A stretch of 64,000 bases of DNA from Octopus sinensis (lineage: Eukaryota), in contig NW_021836128.1 in the NCBI RefSeq assembly GCF_006345805.1, positions 1 to 64,000 on the forward strand. The letters are read 5' to 3'. Below the pieces are notes generated by a model that had not been told where the DNA came from, did no database searches, and was given only the letters and a program-made list of their open reading frames with translations. The number at the start of each line of letters is the position of its first letter. The first letter of the stretch is position 1. The position numbers and the translations under genes are program-made. Shown here in pieces: positions 11,101-21,665 of this stretch.

Positions 11101-12900
11101 CTACTGGCAGAAGTACAACTCGAATCCCCGGGAGAACTGGAAATTGATGGACGGGGCCATTTTGTTGGTCACCTCCCTGGCCTCCTCACACTCCAAGAAC
11201 AACTCTGCCCCTTCGGTCGACCCAAAACAGTTTTTTATGTCTCGATTGCAGAATGAAGTGAACATAACCTGTTGGGATGTCATGTTATTTTAGGCGAGGC
11301 TGATCTGAGTGGACGAGAATGTGGGTTTATAAGGGCCGACCTCCTCCAGTTCCTCATCACATTCAAAAATTACGTTTTTAATATTTTTGTGACAGAAAGT
11401 TCACCGTGGAAGACAAATGTGGAATATTGGAGAAATGTGTGTTGTTTATGCGTTCTCCGACGGTGGTAGTGCACTCATATGCAGCCATTCTGATCGACAA
11501 ATACCTGTCCTGTAAGTGTAGTGTGAGTATAATAGAGTAATGGGGGGAAATATAGAGCAGTTTGTGAGTGTATTTTACCCGGGAGTGATGGGAGTGTTGT
11601 CGAGGAGTGAGGACAACGTTTATGCAATTCAGAGTGATTGATTATAAATAGGGAAGGTGTGTGGGGAAAGTGAGCAAAGACCAGTCCATGGGAGAGTACA
11701 TCCGAGACCGACTGCCCTCGATAATATCGGTAGGTGTGAGTGGAGGATGAGTAGAACCCCTCCAAGTCCATGTTTATTCACTACTTCTTTGAGGTGTTGT
11801 GTCAGTTCCTGGTGGGTGGGGACAGTCCTTCTGTCCTCGCATATTACAGCCAGATGTGTCTCCAACAGTTCGAAAAGGTGTTTGCTGGGGATATTGCAGG
11901 TGGGGGTGTTTATAATGGTAGTCCTCCAACCCTACGCCCTCCAAGTGATGGCAGTCCTCATAGAACAACACCCAAAGGGGGCTGTCTGAGGTCTACCGCA
12001 ATTTCATGTTGTTTTTGGTGAAGGGGACATTCCACGAGACAGTCGAACTGATTCCCTCATTCTTCCGTATTATGAAGGCATATATATACGTGGATTCCAC
12101 ATTCCCCGTCTTGTTTAATATGGCATACTCCCCCATCAAGATGTGTGGGTTTGAGCGATATGGGTTTGCCTTTCGGGCGGTGGTCCTCCAGGCCTGGCCA
12201 AGTGAGACTAAAATATTGACATATAAAAAGAGTATTATTGTATTGGGAGTGTTTAGAATATTCTTCTTTAATGTGGTTGGCCTGTTTGGGTCGGCCTTTG
12301 TCATGTCCCTGCTTGCCAAGACATGTGAGTTGGCGTATGTCTGTCCTCTCATCTGTAGGCCATTGGTGTTTATTAGTAAACATATTTACTCTCGGATGGT
12401 CGTATTTAATGACCACATTGAACGGAATATATATTTCGTGGGTCTGTCTAAATTGTTGTTCGACACCCCCTCCTTGTACGTCAATCAGACATTCCACTCC
12501 TATTGGTACAGAGGGATTGGCATTTAGGAGTGCTTTTATGGTCAATGCCATCAACATGATCTACCCTGAGCCGTCTGTCAATAAGCGACAGCACTACATC
12601 GACATGAGGATTGAGCATTTAACTCTCCAGGACAGTTTATTCACGATGGGAGGGTTGTTTAGATAACTTTAAACTGTCCTTGTTCATATTGGAGTCTGCG
12701 GGGTCTGTCAATGTTGATTTGATTAGTGGGGTGAATCATTCTGATTATTTTGCTCAAATGTTAAAGAATTTTGCTTTGCAGAATCCGACGATTGTATATT
12801 CGTGTTGTGATTGTAGATGAATTCGTTGATTGAGCAATGTCCTCCTGCTAGGAGACCTCATGTCGTCGATTGTATTCGCAAAATGGGGGCTTTTGGTGAT
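11101..12900 (-). CDS. Unidentified multi-exon protein-coding gene
   Basis: GC-richer region with consecutive ORF segments separated by short GT..AG stretches; last exon ends ...FSRGFELYFCQ*. Family not recognised; boundaries approximate. Confidence 0.45.
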
Positions 12901-13984
12901 GTGGTATGATTCCCGTTATAAATCAATGTTTTTTCCAATCATACTTGTTCAATCAGCAATATAATACGATCATAGTATTTATCAAATGATTATTGTAAGA
13001 AAATATTAGTTCACTCTGCTTAATATTCAAACACGCAATCTAAACAAGCCTATCCTATTCGAACTTGTTCAATCAGACCATATTAGACATACAATATGTC
13101 ACAGGCGCTACCGGTTACCGAGCGCTACTGGTTAACGAATGCTCAAATTTAACATTTTAAGACTTTTTTATACAAATTAAACTTTTCTCTCAGTTCCAAA
13201 AGGGTGTGGATTACGGACCTATTTTTAGTAAATGGCTGGTTTAATTTTGGGATGTTACCTGTGTAGACATCATTGCTGATCGACTGCGGGTTCCGTTCTG
13301 TAGACAACAATCAGAAAGCACGTAAGGGCGCTTTAAATAAACATTTAAACGTTAAAATTTATCTTATTAATGGTGATTGAACTGTATTCGATTACAATCT
13401 ATGTTTAGAGAATATCTTTCTTTCTTAGTATAATTATGTCATTCGTGGTGATTGAACTGTATTCGATTACATTAATAATTATGTCATTTAATGATATCTT
13501 AGCACACTGTTTTAACCTTTTTTGACCGGGGACAAGTTTAATTTATTGAATTTTTCTGGGGGTCACATTTAACAAAACAATTTTATAAAAAAGCTAAAGA
13601 AATTAAAACATCCATTTTTCTAGCAAAAAATCTCCGAGAAACCGCATTTAGAAATTTCGACAGTCTAAATACAGGAGATTTGTAATGTCACAGAGATCTA
13701 AATTTATGACAGCATCGAACAACTAGTCATTCCCTTGTAAATATTTCTAGTAATAAAAACAGCACAGTTATATATAGCAGACCTTCTAAAGGCCCGTAAT
13801 AAGCACATTATGTAAGAATTTATTCTTGTTTGTAAACCAAAAAATACAGTCCAAAAAGATAACTCGATTTTAACATAGACATTCTATATAATTGAATGAA
13901 AACTGAAAATATCAAAAATACAACTCAGAGAGGTACAAATATTAAAAAACAGACCTACTGACAGCTCCAAGATAGTTTGCAAAG

Positions 13985-14554
13985 AAAATTGATCAATTTG
14001 GACTTCACCCTCTTTCCTGTCGAAAAAGCGCTGGTAGATTCCCGAGGCATTCCGCTCTCAACGACGTTATAAGAAGAGCTCTCGATTCAATCGGATTCCC
14101 ATCAGTGCTGGAACCACCTGGATTGGACCGAGGAGATGGAAAACGCCCAGACGGGATGACTATCTTTCCGTTTTTGGAAGGAAAGCCTCTCGTATGGGAT
14201 TCAACATGTTCTGACTCCTTGTTCAAGACAAACATGTTGGAAAGTGCCTGCAATGCCGGCACAGCTGCGGATAAAGCAGAGGACATCAAGAAGAAGAAAT
14301 ATGATGGGCTCACCGATCGTTACGTTTTCCGGCCGGTTGCTGTCGAAACCCTGGGATCGATTGGGAAGGAGTCGTTGTGCTTCCTCAAGTGTATTGGACG
14401 TCTCAAGACCTTGAGAACACACAATCCTCTGGAGACGAAATGGCTCCTCCAGAACGTGTCCCAAGCAATAGTGAGGGGAAACAGGATCGCCATCAGTTCT
14501 TCTTCTTTACATACATTAGATTAATTGATTTCTAATTCAAAGAATTCCATTGTG
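13985..14554 (+). mobile_element. 5'-truncated CRE-like (restriction-like endonuclease) non-LTR retroelement
   Basis: GLHPLSC..GRFPRH..LND zinc knuckle, then GKRPDG..WD (PD-(D/E)xK endonuclease) and terminal Q.VSQAIVRGN. Confidence 0.85.
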
Positions 14555-14749
14555 TTTTGAGGGATTTTAATTAGAAAAAAGCACGATATAATTTGTTTAA
14601 GTATAATTTTATTATCAACTCAAATTTTCATGGGCCCGCTTTTATCATCAAAAAATAGGAGGAAAATCAAAAAGACTTAATAGTGCATCCCGTGTTTAAT
14701 TTTTCCTGTTTTTACCTTAGTCTCGATGTTAAAAAAATTAAAAAAATCA

Positions 14750-15584
14750 TCAATTATGATTTTCATTATTTTGTGACAGGTTGTGTTTTATATGCTGCCC
14801 GATAACGTCAATTGAATCTAATCAATGCCTAAAATGTACATCAACTTTCAATCCTGTTGTTGGACTGAATTATGAGATTTGCCTTGGATTCGGTCTATCA
14901 ATTATACAAACACTCTTACAGGGGCGCAGAACCGATCAAAGTTGGGCTTGACAAACCGCTCATAGACCTTTAAAATTCCATCAATGTCCCTCCCACGTGA
15001 CTGCATGTCTCTCCGAACTGTCAAAATTATATACGAACATTAACTTCTACGAATAAGCCTAGTTTCTGCATCACATTTGAGGAATAATTTAAGATCGCAC
15101 ATTTCACTGATTGTTTTGTTATGAAATGTCAGGATTCCTTCGATGATGATCACCCTCGACGGCGGGATTTCCTTGACTTTGTCCTTGACTCTAACACAGT
15201 CGAATTCTAGCACCAACCTACTGTGTGTCTTGTAGTCGTACACTGGGATTTCGACGGGCTTAAACTGCATCACATCATTTAGTTTCTCGATGGCCAAATC
15301 CATGTCAAATGCTTCTATTTGTAAGTGGGACAAAGTGACCTGGATTGTCAAAGTCGTAGTCACCGTTGTATGCTGCGGTTAATTCCTCGGGGTTGAGTTC
15401 CTTGTAGAAGCTGTCGAGAGTGAATATTTGGATGTCGTTCAAGTCATATTCATATTGAGAGGCAATTTTTTCTGTTAATAAGTTGCAGAAGTATGTCTGT
15501 TGGTTGGAAATATGTTAACTGTACTTTTCCAGAGGCACTACCTCCTGCCACACCGATTATAAATGGCGGCGGAACAGTCCTCAT
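14750..15584 (-). CDS. UCK: Uridine-cytidine kinase, 7 exons
   Basis: IGVAGGSASGK P-loop, DSFYK, FDNPEAFD, VIIIEGIL, RRDMQSRGRD, FVKP. Six GT-AG introns: 15497-15524, 15315-15339, 15191-15217, 15018-15044, 14895-14919, 14818-14845. Confidence 0.92.
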
Positions 15585-15949
15585 GTTGCTATATTTAACA
15601 AATGAGTCAATTCTTTTATTTCTATTAAAAATTAATTAAACAATTACATATTAAATAACAAATTTTATCACAAAAAATGACCTTATAAAATGGATTTTAG
15701 ATGCCATTTTGCCTAGAATTGGCATCTATAAAAGAGAATAGTAACTAGGGCAACATAAGTCAATAAAGTCAATTTCGTTTTGATTATTAACCGACATTTA
15801 ATTTTGTATATTCTATTGTTATCGTTATTTATCCTATTAGATTAGTTTTTTATTTATAAATGTTATCATTATAAAGATTTTATTTTTTATAGCGGCAAAC
15901 CTTAATTTCTAACGTGATATTTAGCATGAATGATTATTTTGTTGCAATG

Positions 15950-17237
15950 GTTTTGTAAAAGATTGCGTTGAATATCAAATTTTAAAAGATGCTTTACATG
16001 ATAAATTTCCCGAAAATCTTCCAAGGCACCGAAAATATAGACTTATAAAGAAGATGGAGAATTTCACCATTATCAATGACAGGTACTGTAAATTTGCAAT
16101 AAATTTACAGACTTTATCTTAAATCTAGTGATCCCAAGTTAGTCATATCCCTCGATAATGAAACCGAAATGGAGCTTGTAGCGAAATCATTACATAAGTT
16201 TTCACACGGAGGAGTAAATAAAATTGAACATGAATGTCGACAAAGATATTTCACTGTCAAGAATGACATTATCAGAAAAGTCATTCGAAATTGTGAAGTT
16301 TGCAAGTTTTCGCGTCCTTTAAAAGTTCAAGATTTTTTAATTGTAGATTGGAGATATAAATCACCATGTGTTTGCTTCTTGTCCAAATGAACGTTTTCAA
16401 ATAGACATTATTATTATTATTATTATTATTATTTAAAGACCAATACGGGCAAGCCAGTTAATTATAGTTAATCCCGTGATCGCCGATCCAAACGAGGGAG
16501 ATCCTTCTGAAAGGTTCAATCCTTCCCGCAAGATCGGCCTGAGACGACGATGTCCCAGGGTCTGAGAAGCTAAGAGTCCTTTTTCGGAAGGCATTAAGTG
16601 CCTCCTGAGCGTTGCCATATCCGAAGGAATTTCCAACTGACATGGTGGACCCCGTAACGCCACGCTAAGCCCGGAAGGTAAGAGATCCCCATTTCCAACT
16701 GTGTCGTGCCAGAAGTACTCGTTGCCTCACGGGCAGGGGAACGATAACGAGAATTAGCCCCAGGATGAAAACTGTCCTCCTTCGGAATCGAACTCACGAC
16801 CATCCAAATCCATTATCCATAGCTTAGTCTTCAGCCAAGGGGGCTAGATCTGAAAAGATTTTCAACACTAAACGAAAATTTCAAATGGATTTTAACGAGA
16901 TCTTTGTTTCGCCTAAATGGACCATGCAAATTTCTTCAATCAGACAATGGGTCTGAATTCAAAAAACAATAAATAACACAACTATGCGTTGATTTTAACA
17001 TCAAACAAATCCACAGAAGGCCCAATAATCCTCGGGCTCAAGGAATTGTCGAAAGATTCAATCAAACGATAACCAGGAAGTTGTCAAAAATGACGGACAA
17101 CAGTGAAAAAAAGTGGGTTGATAAATTGGAAAATGCTGTGTACAGTTATAACATATCTGTCCATTCATTTTCTAACGAAATTCCTTTCGAAAGATATCGA
17201 GGAATAAAGGGAATAAATTCAATAATCCATGGTTATA
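15950..17237 (+). mobile_element. Decayed Ginger/Gypsy-like DDE integrase, interrupted by a SINE
   Basis: H..SHGG..C..C zinc-binding motif (ORF 16169-16390), then QSDNGSEFK, QGIVERFNQT and YSYNISVH. Confidence 0.75.
16407..16844 (-). mobile_element. tRNA-derived SINE with (TAA)n tail
   Basis: 5' head with A-box-like TGGCTGAAGAC (16837-16827) and B-box GAGTTCGATTCC (16795-16784), a non-coding GC-richer body, and an (ATT)n tail at 16407-16433. No clear TSD. Confidence 0.75.
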
Positions 17238-17987
17238 TGTCACAGTCCGATAAAGAAACACGCCGTTAATGAAACGCCAACATCAAATTGACAAAAATCA
17301 TATCGAAAAAAAGATAAATTAATATAAATCGTCATTGGAAATGATTAATTAGTTATAAATGTGACCGTCCATAGAATGGACACGCCGTTAAATGGACACT
17401 AGGTGCTTTGAATAGGGTAACAAGGTAAAGTAAAAAAATATATTTATAAAATGATTTTAAATTTGAACATAATTTAAAATTAAAATTGAAATAACTTAAA
17501 TTTTCCATTGAATCCCATAAAATAATTTATAAGTAGACCTTAATAGAAAAAGTAAAATCAATGAATACTGAACGCTAATTTGGTTTAGGTTGTGAAGGGG
17601 GTAATAATTTGACAGATCTCATTGCTATTTCTCGTTTCAATCTCTAAAATTAGGTCTTCTAATCACAAATGAACTGTGCAGACAGGCTTGCTCCTTCAGA
17701 AGATTCTTGTTTTGACATTTTAATACATTATGAAGCATTTAGAATTTTTTCTCATTATTCTAAAATATCAATTATTAATTTTAAAATATTATTTTTATTT
17801 ATGAAATCGGTTTTAAAGCACATTCTGCTTTGGCATCGATTTTAATTTTTGTAATTGAATATATTTAAACCCAAATACCAGCTCAGGTATTTGTCAATTT
17901 ATAAATTTTTTATTGACAAAATCAATTTTTTTTCTAATTTGATGTTGGCGTTTCATTAACGGCGTGTTTCATAAACGGACTGTGACA
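17238..17987. mobile_element. MITE with TGT...ACA termini (Ginger-type)
   Basis: ~50-bp TIRs (TGTCACAGTCC...GAAACACGCCGTTAATGAAACGCCAACATCAAATT) and a 5-bp TSD TTATA (17233-17237 / 17988-17992). Confidence 0.85.
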
Positions 17988-18679
17988 TTATATATTATAT
18001 CTTACACTAGGTGAAAAAAAAACCGTTTTTTTAATTACGGCATATTTTGTATGTCTTAGATAATTTAAGTGATGAGTGTGTGACTTTGGAAGAAATGGAT
18101 GATTTGGTTAATTGTTCGACTCCAGAATCTATTGAAAATTCTCGTAATTTGATTTAAAATATATATTTAGATTATTCCCAGTCAGACAATTTGTTGCCAA
18201 CTGCGAAGAGAGGTGTTATTTTTGTCAGAAGAGATTCATCATTTTATTTCTTCGATATAAGAAGCCCCTTATTCATATTCATTGTAAATTCATACAAATA
18301 GAGACGAAAATTAATAAATCGAAAGTTTTTTGTCACAACACCAAAGTATGATCTCATGAACTTTTTTTTATAAAAATTCATGAATAGTAATTTTATTTCG
18401 TTTGGTATTCCGTTTTGGTGCTGTACTTGTCCCGATACTTCTCCAGGAGCGAGGTCACTATGTATTCAGCACAAATGCCCAAAAACTCCTTACCCTCACC
18501 TCCTTTTCGTCTCACGTCTGATGTCGGCTTACTTAAAAAATTAAATATTTTTTAAATAATATTTTATCAGCACCATCAACTAATTGTAACTATTGCTTAA
18601 ATTGATGAATTTTGCGAGATTACAGACTAAATTACTAGTGAACCAATTAAAGAAAAAACAGAGAACGATCAGATCCCAG

Positions 18680-18870
18680 TCAAAAAATAGCTTGCGCGTT
18701 TCCGCGCATGATTGTAACAGAGATCCTCTGTCTTAGCCGAGAAGATTCGCTTGCATTCATGTTTCTCCGCGCGATAAGGAGGCAGACGTGTTTTAAGAAC
18801 TTGGATGTTTGCGGGACGAAGGCTGGGGAGGTCTCGAATGCCAAAGGGACAATTACTAGTTGGATTTGGA
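18680..18870 (-). mobile_element. CRE-like retroelement 3' fragment
   Basis: Translates as VPLAFETS...LRQRISVTIMRGNAQAI, matching the C-terminus of the other CRE-like copies. Confidence 0.65.
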
Positions 18871-18924
18871 TTGTTGAAATAGTTATTTAAAGAACAAATG
18901 AATAAAACAATTATTTTTAAAGTG

Positions 18925-18978
18925 TTATTTTGTATTCGTGTACTTAGTAACTGCCTTTGCACCTTCTGTAAAAGCATA
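18925..18978 (-). pseudogene. Orphan histone H2B C-terminal fragment
   Basis: YAFTEGAKAVTKYTNTK* resembles the H2B terminus HAVSEGTKAVTKYTSSK. No upstream H2B exons found within 19.0-19.5 kb. Confidence 0.6.
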
Positions 18979-19779
18979 AATTCACATAATTATTTTTATC
19001 AATTTAAATTATTTGAACTATGAGTCATTGAATATTATTGTTAACATTGAATACTCATTATTTCCATATCCTTATTAACATAATATTCATTTTTACATTT
19101 TTTATTAACTATTGAAATTTAAAAGCATGCCATTATTGGTTGAAATTGAATAAAATTATTGTTAGAACAAATTAAATAGCATTCTTTGACCCACAAATGG
19201 CTCTGTAAATTTGCTGAATTATAACAGCCATTAATTAAGCAAAAAATTTAAACCCACTTCGTAGTTGTCAAGATGCCAAAAACTACAATAATGGAATGAT
19301 TGGCCAACATCGACATCAATTCGAAATTCCTAAGCCACTGAAATAGTCATTAATTGCTGATCAATTCTAAATTCCTTGATAGAAAACATATCGGAGTGAA
19401 TGATTCAGGTATTCAAAATATAATTTACGCATTGAATTATTTTGTTTTATTTAATTACGAAATTGGCGCCATTTAGCATTTTTATTTTTATCGTTTAAAT
19501 ATAAATACTTTATCACGGTAAAAGCCATTAAAATAATCTTTGGAATGTATTCTCATCCTCACCTACAGTTTGAATATAAATTAGTAAAAAAGAACAAAAT
19601 CCACAAAGTAAGACAAGACCAACTCGGGATATCTTCTAACCCATCAAAGGTATTTATTCAGCATTAAATTGACTAAAATAAAAATCAGAATTTTTCAATA
19701 TGCTAAATGACATTTACAAACTTTCCTTATCGATTAAGAAATCTCTAAAACCTTAATTCGATAAATATTTATGGCCATA

Positions 19780-21270
19780 ATTTGTTCTAGTCTATTGGGG
19801 AAGGCAGACAACTCTACCAAATGTTATGGAATGGACGAGGAAGATTAGAGACAGCCGACTTGAATATTGGGCAGTCAGTGGGATTAGATGAATATAATTT
19901 AGAAAGATATGAAGTAAAATGTGATTAATTTATCAGATGTTAAAATCAATGACTTGTCATTATATTGTGAGTGATTATCTGGGGAGGGGTACGTTTGGGC
20001 AAGTAGTAGTAGCCTGGCAATATGAAACTAATCGTCGAGTTGCAATCAAAGTTTTGAAGAAAAATCCGACTCATACACGTCAAGGACTATTCGAGGTTGG
20101 TCATAAATAATATTATAGATATCCTTGCTTAAATGTATCAACAATGCTGTGTCGGATTTGAGGCAAGACCACATAATTCTATTTCTCGACCATTTTGAAC
20201 ACGCAGGCCACGTTTTTATTGTGTTTGAACTGCTTTCAATCAATTTGTATGATTTCATGAGAAATAATACATTTTCTCCAATCCCAATTTACGGCATTCG
20301 AGCAATTACCTTTCAAGTAATTCAATATCTTACAAATCAAGGTTCTTAAAGCATTAATAAAGCTTTCATACCTCGGGATTATCCACACTGATTTAAAGCC
20401 GGAGAATATCATGCTGGTTAACCACCAAGAATATCCATTCCACATTAAAGTTATTGACTTTGGCTCTGCGGTATATTGTAATCGAATAAGCGACTCCGTT
20501 TACTTACAATCGGGATATTACCGGTCATTCTGAGTGATTATGATGTAGGGCACCCGAGGTTATTTTGGGTTGTGAGTATGGATGTCCCATCGATGTGTGG
20601 TCTCTCGGCTGTATTATGGCAGAATTGGTTACTGGTTGGTCTATATTCCCCGGAGACAACCAGTATGAGCAGATTCGTTATATATGTTCTGCATTGGGTA
20701 TTCCCAACGACGCAATGCTCATGTCTGGAAAGAAGGTCCCTCTGTTTTTTGAGAAAACGACTTACTGGAAGCTCAAGGTATAAATATGGCCATTTCAATC
20801 TTTCAGAATGCTTCTAAATTTACTGAGGCTACCGGAAAAACGGTCAAAAATCCGTCGCGATATTCCGTGAAAGATTTGAACAACATTGCCATAAAAGTGG
20901 ACTTTAATGCTCATATTTAGATTCTAATATCGTCCCAAAGTGTTCCAAATTTGGATTCATATCAAATCTATCAGCAGGATGTTAATAATTTCATGTTTTC
21001 GCTGAGGAAAATGCTCGCAGTGGACCCGAATGAGCGAGTAGCTGCTTGTGATGCAGTGAATCTACCATTTTGGAACTTTACTCCCTATTTGCCTCAGGAT
21101 TCCAATTGGTATTCATATTTGTGAGTGGATAGGGTGGCCTATAATGTTCGAATAATGTACGCCTCCTATTCCTGGAAATATTCTCATGCCCCTGTACACT
21201 TTTATTTACTCCCCACTCAGTCTTCAAAAAGGAGTGTACCCTTTCCTTTCAGTTTTATTGGTCGTTATTA
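19780..21270 (+). CDS. HIPK: Homeodomain-interacting protein kinase (HIPK/DYRK family)
   Basis: YLGRGTFGQV, VAIKVLK, HTDLKPENIML, KVIDFGSA, YLQSGYYR|APEVILG, DVWSLGC. Introns 20096-20118, 20317-20341, 20524-20548, 20778-20806, 20897-20920. Termini approximate. Confidence 0.88.
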
Positions 21271-21665
21271 ATCTTATCAGATCGTCAAATGAGCCTCAGT
21301 AGATGTGTTCCGGCTGTGAGGTAGTTTGGTGTGTGTATTGGGTGTAGTGGAGGTGCTAAAAAAATGTATTATCATTCAAATTTTAAAGATTTGAATTTAA
21401 AGTTTGGTTTGTTTCTTTCATATTTAAGCGTTTCATCTTTGCTCCGACACCCTTGATTTTTTGTATTTTTTGAAATTTTCTTAAAAAATGTTTGATGTTG
21501 AAATATATTTTTAATGAGGAAATTGTAATTTTTTGAGTTGGGACCACTATAATGTGACACCCAGATAAAGCACGTTAATTAATTTACTCGGTCGATTAAT
21601 TTAATAATAATTCGATGCATGTTAACTCGGATTAAGTAGGGTACCTAGATTAACATTTTTATGTA

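Noticed and set aside
14750-21270. Ciliate-type or other alternative genetic code, suggested by the tiny introns
   Set aside because: Spliced UCK and HIPK read through with the standard code, and TAA/TAG/TGA appear only in introns or at expected ends.
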